A DNA stretch of 64,000 bases from Sphagnum compactum (Eukaryota), in the NCBI GenBank assembly GCA_965153455.1, contig OZ234494.1:2170001-2234000 (forward strand), read 5' to 3'. Position numbers and translations under genes: made by a program. Under the pieces are notes generated by a model. It did no database searches and was not told the DNA's origin. It saw nothing but the letters and a program-made list of their open reading frames with translations. Shown in pieces: positions 38,273-49,147 of this stretch (its first letter is position 1; each line of letters starts with the position of its first letter).

Positions 38273-41200
38273 CTTGGGGCCGGACGGATTTAGGGGAAGC
38301 TTCATTCGCACGGCTTTAGCGGAGGCTTCATTGTTCCTTTACTATAGACTAGTTTGAGCCCCGTGCATAATGCACAGGTGTGTGTATTTGACGGTACATA
38401 TTACAAAATGATGCTCAATGATATTGGTGTCGTAATTACTTTGTTTATTTTAAATAAAAAATCTAGTATGAATCCATTTTTGCTTGTGCATTTGACGATA
38501 CATATTACAAAATGATACCTACCAACTACATTTCCAAAACCTCTTTATATACCACATTCCGCATGTATCTATCGGGAGCCTGGCCGTTGAAAATCTTGAT
38601 GTTTGCACTACTTGTGACCCGTGAAATAACAACATAGAGCTGACCATGGGAATAGACCGGAGATGGCAAATATACCCCAACGTTGTTGAATGTTTGACCT
38701 TGACAGCTTAGTAGGGTTTCCAGAAATTACATGAATAAAATGAAGATTTTTGCCCTCAGCCCCCTAATAGCTTGGAAGCATTCCAGGAGGCTCATGTCCT
38801 TGGCCATAATGAATAGCTTGGACTTATTTCCAGGCTTACAATGATTGGAGAGGAAACTGATAATTTGTGATCTCTGTAGAAAAAAGCTGCATGCAAAGGA
38901 ATGCAAAGACAAATGATAAAAGTTCAAGGGGGGAATTCCTATCCAGTACATTAAGGCGAAGGAGCAAAAGAGCACAACCAAGAATATTTAGCTACTGGTT
39001 TACGGTAATTGTTCCAAAATTTCTATTACCTCACTATTCATCTTCCACCTTGATAAAGATTGTTGTGCAGAAATATGAGCTTTTGCTGCAAGCTCAAGGA
39101 TGACATTTGTAGAGTGAAGCTTTCCAATGTGGTTAAGGAAGAATAATATGAAATCACCTGCAATTATACCCATATGACAACAGAGGTGAACTAACTGTAG
39201 AAGCAAAGTCCTGCAAAAACAAAAAGACCACCCTGAACCTGTATGAATATAAGAACATAACTCAAGAATCGATGCAGAAATTTCCAACATATTCATATGC
39301 AAAAACCCCCCAACATATGTTGAACTTGGAAAGCTCAGAGCAACTGGCAGCTATGAACAATACGGAGCACCACGTCAAGTCGAATATAAAAATCAGCGCT
39401 GGTGCTGCATCCAAACACAACGATCAGGTAAGTATTTGAATGAGACTTTTCATTACCACAGAATATTGTATAAAGTCTAACTGCTACGGGTCATGATGTA
39501 CGTGCGATCAACTACCGATGGTGCAGGATGAAGCAGTGCAGAAGAGCTTATACCCACAACATCGTTAAGCTGTTGTTGTTGTTGCTGCTGCTGTTGCCGG
39601 ATTGCCACTGACGTGAATCTGCACCAGATCAGGAGATTGTCGACATTGAAAGCTCATGCGACAGCAAGTAGCTCTGGTGATGAGGAGGAGGAGATTCTGA
39701 TGGAGATAATTCTCTACAACTTTGACCATGCAGACTATGTGGATCCTGTGCCCGCTGAAGCAGAGCCGCATCGTAATGGAAAATAATGAGTTGCGAAAGC
39801 CATGTGCAAGTTCCTCTTAATATAGCTTCTACAAAGTGTAAGTGCAGGGTTGCATCATCAAATGCACCATCCCACCACACTTGTACACACTGCTGCTAGC
39901 CCTATTAGACGTGTGCCACAGATGCAGCAGACGACAACTTCTCGCGACCTTTTCAATCTATGTTTGTGTGTGTGTGTGTGTGTGTGCATGCACGTCTGTC
40001 TGTTTTCTTTGAGAATCTAAATAGCCAGAATTACCATCCTTACTATCTCGCTCGCCGTCTTTCTTGATCATCTGCTCTCTTGCGTGCGCGCCTGCACGTG
40101 TGTCTGTTCTCTTTGTGAATAGAATAGTAAGAAATGCCTAATGCACACGTGTGTGTTTAAAATAAATCAAACATGCACCTAAAACTGGTGGGTCTTTGCC
40201 GGTCCTAACCCACCCCATCCGGCTTAAACAGACATCCATCCCCGTCCGGCTTAAATAGACGGCTGACGGGATGGATGAATTAAAAAATAAAAACTTTATA
40301 TATATATATATAAGATTATTTTTCATTTTTCTATTTTATTATTATTATAAACAAAAAAAAACACCAAAAACAGAGAACGAAAAAAAAAATGAAAAGAAAA
40401 AGACCACGTCCTCTGTATAGTAAATCTTGGGGGTGCCCCCCTTGGGGCCGGGCATGAGGGGGCGGATTAAGGGGAAGCTTCATTCGTCCGGCTTCAGGGG
40501 AAGCTTCATTGTTCTCCGATCACAGCAACGTCATGGAAGGAGACCCTTATTAGTACTCCTTATAAGAAGAAGAAGAAGTTAAGCTTAGAATCGTCCTCAT
40601 AAATACGTAGACCTTTAGAATGGGTTGTTATCAATATGTACTCAACGATATTCTTAAGTAATTTTGGTGGCATATATAAGAAGCTTAAGCTCTTTGAATA
40701 TTTTCCATAAAAGGAAGAAAAACTTGATTTGTAATTGTCTTTTGCATCACCAACAACAGATTAATATGACATTAATAGCGAGTGCCATCATCAGTTTGAG
40801 CCCCGTGCATAATGCACAGGTGTGTGTATTTGACGGTACATATATATATATTTATAAGATAATTTTTCATTTTTCTATTTTATTATTATTATTATAAACA
40901 AAAAGAAACACCGAAAATAGAGAACGAAAAAGAAAATGAAAAGAAAAACACCCTGTCCTCTATACAGTAAATCTTGGGGGTGCCCCCCCTGGGACCGGGC
41001 AAGTTTGTGCCCCGTGCCTAATGCACAGGTGTGTGTTTAAAATAAATCAAACATGCACCTAAAACTGCTGGGTCTTTGCCGATCCTAACCCACCCCATCC
41101 GGCTTAAATAGACGGCTGATGGGATGGATGAATTAAAAAATTAAAACTTTACATATATATATATATAAGATTATTTTTCATTTTTCTATTTTATTATTAC

Positions 41201-41734
41201 TATTATAAACCAAAAAAAAACACCGAAAACAGAGAACGAAAAAGAAAATGAAAAGAAAAACACCCCGTCCTCTGTACAGTAAATCTTGGGGGTGCCCCCC
41301 CGGGGCCGGGCAAGTTTGTGCCCCATGCCTAATGCACAGGTGCGTGTTTAAAATAAATCAAACATGCACCTAAAATTGCTGGGTCTTTGCCGGTCCTAAT
41401 TCACCCCATCCGGCTTAAATAGACATCCATCCCCATCCGGCTTAAATAGACGGCTGATGGGATGGATGAATTAAAAAATTAAAACTTATATATAAGATTA
41501 TTTTTCATTTTCTATTTTATTATTATTATTATAAACCAAAAAAAAACCACCGAAAACAGAGAACGAAAAAAAAATGAAAAGAAAAAGCCCACGTCCTCTG
41601 TACAGTAAATCTTGGGGGTGCCCCCCCTCGGGCCGGGCATGAGGGGGCGGGGGGGGGGTTATTTATTTCTGCCAGGGTTTTCTTCCTTGTATGATGCCAT
41701 CTTCCTTGTATGACGAGACGGATGGATGGACTGG

Positions 41735-43790
41735 GGCCGGGTACCCCCAAGATTTACTATACAGAGGACGGGGTGTTTTTCTTTTCATTTTCTTTTTTGT
41801 TCTTTGTTTTCGGTGTTTCTTTTTGTTAATAATAATAATAATAAAATAGAAAAATGAAAAATTATCTTATATATATATATGTACCGTCAAATACACACAC
41901 CTGTGCATTATGCACGGGGCTCAGACTATATTGTTAAGGAAGAAAGTTCCTTCCCCTGAAGTTGTCCCGTACGAACATTTCATCCATCCCGTCAAGTAGC
42001 CTCCCCTGAATCCGCCCGAACCGTCATCCGTCCCGTCATCCATCCGGATGGATGAAATCCGTCTATTTACAGCAACAAGAGCCGCAATAGCAGGAATAGC
42101 AACAGCAGGAGCGATGGCGACGGCTGTGAATGAAGCCTCCCCTGAAGCCGGACGGACAGTGGCCACGGACAGTAGCTAAAAAAAAGGTAGTTTTGGTGCA
42201 TAGTTATGGGCCTCAAAATAAGGACAAAGTCAAAGAACTGGCAGTTCTTCCACGAAAACCATGAGCTCGGCAAGGTTGTTGAAATGAAAGGAACCGACGG
42301 TTCTTTCGTTCCTGTTGGGTTCTCAAGAACCGGAACCGAAAGGTTAAAGAACTGGAGTGGGAAATGCGAAGGACCGGGCCGGGGGGGATCGACGGGTTAA
42401 AGACCCGGAGTGGGAAATGCGAAGGACCGGGCGAGGGGGCTCGACGGGTTAAAGAACCGAAGTGGGAAATGCGAAGGACCGGGCGGGGGGGGGGTCGACG
42501 GGGTTGAACCAAACATTGTTGAAATAACACACCTGTGCATTATGCACGGGGCACACACTAGTATATAGTAAAGGAACAATGAAGCGTCCCCTGAAGCCGT
42601 GCGAATGAAGCTTCCCCTAAAGCCGTGCGAATGAAGCTTCCCCTGAATCCGTCCAGATTTGCATGCATGTGATTAGAATCAGTAAAAGCCTTTGTGGAAC
42701 TGGCAGTGACGAAACTTCCAAGGGGATCGTTGGTGTTTCCAGGGGTGGCCAAGCCATGGAACACGAAGTCGCTTGCCTTCTGACGGGATGGATGACAGAC
42801 GGACGGTTGGAAAGCTTCATTTCATCCCGACAGAAAGCTTCATTTCATCCCGAGATGGATGACGGACGGATGGATGACGAAATGACAGGACAGGATGGAT
42901 GACGGATGACAGGATGGATGAAAGACTTCTGTGTCGCCGATCCATCCCATCATCCGTCCCGTCATCTAACCAAAAGGACATTTCATCCATCCCGTCATCC
43001 GTCTATTAAAGTCGGATGGGGTGGGTTAGGACCGGCAAAAACCCAGCAGTTTTAGGTGCATGTTTGATTTATTTTAAACACACACCTGTGCATTAGGCAC
43101 GGGGCACAAACTTGCCCGGCCCCGGCCCCAGGGGGGGCACCCCCAAGATTTACTGTACAGAGGACGGGGTGTTTTTCTTTTCATTTTCTTTTTCGTTCTC
43201 TGTTTTCGGTGTTTCTTTTTGTTTATAATAATAATAATAAAATTAAAAAATGAAAAAATTATCTTATATATATATATATGTACCGTCAAATACACACACC
43301 TGTGCATTATGCACGGGGCTCAAACTTGCCCGGCCCCTAGGGGGGCACCCCCAAGATTTACTGTACAGAGGACGGGGTGTTTTTCTTTTCATTTTCTTTT
43401 TTGTTCTCTGTTTTCGGTGTTTCTTTTTGTTAATAATAATAATAATAAAATAGAAAAATGAAAAATTATCTTATATATAAATTTTAATTTTTTAATTCAT
43501 CCATCCCATCAGCCATCTATTTAAGCCGGACGGGGATGGATGTCTATTTAAGCCGGATGGGGTGAATTAGGACCGGCAAAGACCCAGCAGTTTTAGGTGC
43601 ATGTTTGATTTATTTTAAACACACACCTGTGCATTAGGCACGGGCACAAACTTGCCCGGCCCCAGGGGGGCACCCCCAAGATTTACTATACAGAGGACGG
43701 GGTGTTTTTCTTTTCATTTTTTTTTTCGTTCTCTGTTTTCGGTGTTTCTTTTTGTTTATTATAATAATAATAAAATAGAAAAATGAAAAA
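41735..43790 (+). mobile_element. Inverted (plus-strand) block of the same Helitron family, including a CTAG|TATATAGTAAAGG head-to-tail junction at 42561/42562
   Basis: Reverse complements of the cluster modules. CACCTGTGCATTATGCACGGGGCACACACTAG is immediately followed by TATATAGTAAAGGAACAATGAAGC. Confidence 0.8.
42352..42507. repeat. ~52-bp tandem repeat, 3 copies
   Basis: G(G/A)AGTGGGAAATGCGAAGGACCGGGC...TCGACGGGTT repeated three times. Confidence 0.85.
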
Positions 43791-44422
43791 TTGTGCCCCG
43801 TGCCTAATGCACAGGTGTGTGTTTAAAATAAATCAAACATGCACCTAAAATTGCTAGTTTGAGCCCCGTGCATAATGCACAGGTGTGTGTATTTGACGGT
43901 ACATATATATATATAAGATAATTTTTCATTTTTTTATTCTATTATTATTATTATAAACAAAAAGAAACACCGAAAACAGAGAAGGAAAAAGAAAATGAAA
44001 AGAAAAACACCCCGTCCTTTGTACAGTAAATCTTGGAGGTGCCCCCCCTGGGGCCGGGCAAGTTTGTGCCCCGTGGGTAATGCACAGGTGTGTGTTTAAA
44101 ATAAATCAAACATGCACCTAAAACTGCTGGGTCTTTGCCGGTCCTAACCCACCGTATCCAGCTTAAATTGACATCCATCCCCGTCCGGCTTAAATAGACG
44201 GCTGATGGGATGGATGAATTAAAAAATTAAAACTTTATATATATATATATAATTTTTCATTTTTCTATTTTATTATTATTATTATAAACCAAAAAAAAAA
44301 CACCGAAAACAGAGAACGAAAAAGAAAATGAAAAGAAAAAGACCACGTCCGGTTCGGACGAATTTAGGGGAAGCTTCATTCGCACGGCTTCAGGGGAAGC
44401 TTCATTGTTCCTTTACTATATA

Positions 44423-44466
44423 CTAGTTTGAGCCCCGTGCATAATGCACAGGTGTGTGTATTTGAC

Positions 44467-44501
<35 letters not shown>

Positions 44502-45099
44502 ATATAAGATAATTTTTCATTTTTCTATTTTATTATTATTATTATAAACAAAAAGAAACACCAAAAACAGAGAACGAAAAAAAAAATGAAAAGAAAAACA
44601 CCCCGTCCTCTGTACAGTAAATCTTGGGGGTGCCCCCCCTAGGGCCAGGCAAGTTTGTGCCCCATGCATAATGCACAGGTGTGTGTATTTGACAGTACAT
44701 ATATATATATATATATATATAAGATAAGTTTTCATTTTTCTATTTTATTATTATTATTAGAAACAAAAAGAAACATCGAAAAAAAAGAACGAAAAAGAAA
44801 ATGAAAAGAAAACACCCCGTCCTCTGTACAGTAAATCTTGGGGGTGCCCCCCCCGGGACCGGGCAAGTTTGTGCCCCGTGCCTAATGCACAGGTGTGTGT
44901 ATTTGACGGTACATATATATATAAGATTATTTTTCATTTTTTTATTTTTTTATTATTATTATAAACAAAAAGAAACACCGAAAATAGAGAACGAAAAAGA
45001 AAACACCCCGTCCTCTGTACAGTAAATCTTGGGGGTGCCCCCCCTGGGGCCAGGCAAGTTTGTGCCCCGTGCATAATGCACAGGTGTGTGTATTTGACG

Positions 45100-45134
<35 letters not shown>

Positions 45135-46330
45135 ATAATTTTTCATTTTTCTATTTTCTATTTTATTATTATTATTATAAACAAAAAGAAACACCGAAAA
45201 TAGAGAACGAAAAAGAAAATGAAAAGAAAAACACCCCGTCCTCTGTACAGTAAATCTTGGGGGTGGCCCCCCCTGGGACCGGGCAAGTTTGTGCCCCGTG
45301 CCTAATGCACAGGTGTGTGTATTTGACGGTACATATATATATAAGATTATTTTTCATTTTTTTATTTTATTATTATTATTATAAAAAAAAGAAACACCGA
45401 AAATAGAGAACGAAAAAAAAAATGAAAAGAAAAACACCCCGTCCTCTGTATAGTAAATCTTAGGGGTGCCCCCCCTGGGGCCAGGCAAGTTTGTGCCCCG
45501 TGCATAATGCACATGTGTGTATTTGACGGTATATATATATATATATATATAAGATAATTTTTCATTTTTCTATTTTATTATTATTATTATAAACAAAAAG
45601 AAACACCGAAAATAGAGAACGAAAAAAAAAATGAAAAGAAAAACACCCCATCCTCTGTACAGTAAATCTTAAGGGTGCCCCCCCTGGGGCCGGGCAAGTT
45701 TGTGCCCCGTGCCTAATGCACAGGTGTGTGTTTAAAATAAATCAAACATGCACCTAAAACTGCTGGGTCTTTGCCGGTCCTAACCCACCCCATCCGGCTT
45801 AAATAAACATCCATCCCCGTCCGGCTTAAATAGACGGCTGATGGGATGGATGAATTAAAAAATTAAAACTTGTATATAAGATTATTTTTCATTTTTTTAT
45901 TTTATTATTCTTATTATAAACAAAAAAAAACACCGAAAACAGAGAACAAAAAAAAAATGAAAAGAAAAACACCCTGTCCTCTGTACAGTAAATCTTGAGG
46001 GTGCCCCCCCTGGGGCCGGGCAAGTTTGTGCCCCGTGCCTAATGCACAGGTGTGTGTTTAAAATAAATCAAACATGCACTTAAAACTGCTGGGTCTTTGC
46101 CGCTCCTAACCCACCCCATTCGGCTTAAATAGACGGCTGATGGGATGGATGAATTAAAAAATTAAAACTTTATATATATATATATAAGATTATTTTTCAT
46201 TTTTCTATTTTATTGTTATTATTATAAACCAAGAAAAAAACACCAAAAACAGAGAACGAAAAAGAAAATGAAAAGAAAAAGATCACGTCCTCTGTACAGT
46301 AAATCTTGGGGGTGCCCCCCAGGGCCGGGC
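44423..46330 (-). repeat. Tandem array of the ~200-230 bp Helitron subterminal module (hairpin, (AT)n, poly-purine tract, GGGGGTGCCCCCC)
   Basis: About 8 consecutive copies of CCCC(G/A)TGC(A/C)TAATGCACA...CAGTAAATCTTGGGGGTGCCCCCC...GGCAAGTTTG. Confidence 0.9.
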
Positions 46331-49147
46331 ATGAGGGGGCGGGGGGGGGAGGGTTATTTATTTCTGCCAGGGTTTTCTTCCCTGTATGATGTCATCTTCC
46401 CTATATGACGGGACGGATGGATGGACGGGTCGGACGGATGGAGGAAATGTCCGTCCGGTCCGGACGGATTTAGGGGAAGCTTCATTCGCACGGCTTCAGG
46501 GGAGGCTTCATTGTTCCTTTACTATAGATAATGATGATGATAATAATAATAATACCTCCAGATGCAACCTGCTCTCATTGAAAGCAGGAGCTCACAGAAG
46601 TCCCTTTGGAAAGACTTCCCATTTACAGTATAGTGGGTGCCCGTGACCTTCGGACACTGTGAATATTTTCCAGCCAGCATTTCTTCTACTTGCTTTGCTT
46701 ATACCATTCTGTCTCTTTCTCTTTTTATGTTTCTGTTTTCGTTGCTTCAGCGGATTCGTACTCTCCTTGCACAAAGACTTGCAGTCATCAATTCAGCAAT
46801 TTTTTCTTTTCTACTCTGCTTTGTATCCTTCAGTTCTGCTTTTCTCAGCCTCCATTGAAGCTTGCATCTTCAGGAACGACGCGACAAGAGGCGACACCCT
46901 CGAATATTTCTCATGTGCAAACCTCTTCAGGAACGACGCGACAAGAGGCGACGCGCCTCTTGGTCCAATGGGCATCATTCATCATTGTCTGTGACGAAAA
47001 TCATCCAAAAAGAGGTCATTCGTAATTCAGTCTGTGACGAAAATCATCCAAAAAAGGTCATTCGTCATTCATCATTCATCAAAGACAGACAGACGCACAG
47101 ACACCATGTTTGTAATTATATATAACATACCTCCAAGCAAGTGCCAAGCACGGCTTGTGTGGAAAATGATTGCGGCAGAAGCTGACACACACTTGCTCAG
47201 AGGGACACAACGTCAAACGTCCCCTATTAAAAAAAACTTAAGCCACATGGGGAAAGTGCCACAGTGAACTAGCATCCACCAGTGCACCATCCACTGGATG
47301 CCCCATATTCCTCACTTGTGGATGAACCTCAACTGCGTTAATATTTGGTTTCACCTTGGTAACTGATTTTGTAGCAAATAGGTCCCCTATATAGGTAGGA
47401 AAATAGATAATTACTAGGTAGGTAGATGGTTTATACATAGGTAAAGGCTGTTTTTACCACCTACCTACAAGAAGGTTGTTAGAAAATAGCTGGTTAAAAA
47501 AAGCAACTGATCTAACCACCATGGTTAATTAGGGAACTGGAAGAGATGAGCCCTTTGAAGTGGGCCTAAAAGTTCAAATAACACATTAAAGAAGTATATT
47601 TGAAAAGAATTCCCAAAAAACTCATCAAATTTTTTTTGAAGCTTATTTAAAAGAGAGTGAAGTTTGGTAGGAAAGAAGTCAATTTACAAATATTGTACAC
47701 CAAGCAATGTATGATTCTAACATAGATCCATTCATTCTCACATCTGATTTTTTTTTTCTTGACTAATTTTGTTTGTGTTGTACATTTTTATCCATTATGG
47801 CTATTTAAAATATGTACAAAACTTCAAAAATTGCATACTAAAACTAGAAACTTTCTAAAGGAAAAATAAATAATTCTTCTAATGGTTCAAGCAGAAGGTT
47901 TTGTAAATTGTTTGAGGTCATGTTCCCAAATTTAAGAGCTTCGAGTGTTGTCAAAGATTTGGTATGAAGACTAGGTCCATGGTTCACGGGGGAATATTAT
48001 TCCCACTAGCTTTTGTGCAGAAATTTGATTTATCAAACACACCTATTTGACTTTTCATAACTACATATCTACATTCCCTAATGGTTTGGTGAAAATATTT
48101 GTTTCTTGTTTTACCGTGGGAATGTAGACTAGTTTTATTTCATCATTTTCAATTTTTTCACATAAATTAAAGTCATGTTGCAATTTATATGTTTAGTTCT
48201 AATATGTAGCATTGGGTTTTTTATTAATTTGAGAACAACAAAGTTGAGGATGAGAAATAATTGCCAAACCTTTAAGACTTTGAAATAGCGATGATGACCA
48301 TGCAACTCTACAAGAAAGATATTAATTGGTATCTTGATTTTAAACCATCTGCTCATGTCAAAAGTGAGATTGGAAAGTTCATAGATGTCAAGATTTGAGT
48401 TCACATGGTAGAGGCATCTTCAAATGTCAAATTTGTTGTTGGCCATATTCACAAGGTGCATGGCAAGGACAAGATTGCTGTTACACAACATGGTGAATAA
48501 AGATTGTTAACAATGTTCTTTATGTGTTCAGTGTGAGAAAAAATCTTCTATTCATAGGGGCTTTTACAAATATGGGATATGTTGTGATTTTTGAAAAATA
48601 CAAATGTTGGATTTTCACACCACCACACCACATATAATGCTAGTTATTAGGCATAGGGATGACAATCTGTAAGCTCATGTGAATCCTTTGAAATTGAGGA
48701 AGATAGCATAGCTGAACAATCAAGAGCTTGGGTTTGAATATCAACCTTGAGATCTTGAATAGTACCTTAGCCCTTGAACTAAGGGAAAAAACATCAAACA
48801 AAAATCTTTCTCCTCCTATCAAGCAAAATTTCTTGATTTGATTGAAGGAAAATGTTTGAAGAGCAACACCTTTTCTCTTCAAAAGACTATTTTGGTGGAG
48901 AATGGTATTTGGTATGATTTTGTCAACCATTTGTTGCCTGGTGGGTAGTGGAGACAAAGATCCTTTGTGATTGCTTGACTTTCGCATCTGAGCACCATCT
49001 GCAGAGTCTTCTTTCCTCACTTGGAGACTCAAAGAGCAACTGGCACTCCACATGGAAGATATGTGCCCATAAGGTGCAGGGCAGGATTTGGAGACATACC
49101 CAATTCAGAGAAGCAAATCTTCTTTACCATATATCAAAATTGGAACC

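Larger units (their letters stand above)
20400..46528 (-). mobile_element. Tandem cluster of non-autonomous Helitron-like elements of one family carrying captured host fragments
   Basis: Minus-strand 5' ends TCTATAGTAAAGGAACAATGAAGC end at 23635, 34881, 38348, ~44422 (TATATAG variant) and 46528. 3' ends CCTGTGCATTATGCACGGGGCTCAAACTAG (hairpin plus CTAG) at 23639, 38349, 43854, 44423, with variants at ~31977, 34885 and ~40792. No TIR/TSD pattern. Left boundary uncertain. Confidence 0.8.

Noticed and set aside
23727-45565. Many similar short ORFs (e.g. ICTVKYTHLC...GGAPPRFTVQRTGCF)
   Set aside because: Incidental translations of the repeated non-coding Helitron module across (AT)n tracts of variable length.
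23639-46528. CRISPR-like repeat/spacer array
   Set aside because: Eukaryotic intron-containing context, no cas genes, and repeats and interiors hundreds to thousands of bp long and irregular. Helitron termini explain the structure.
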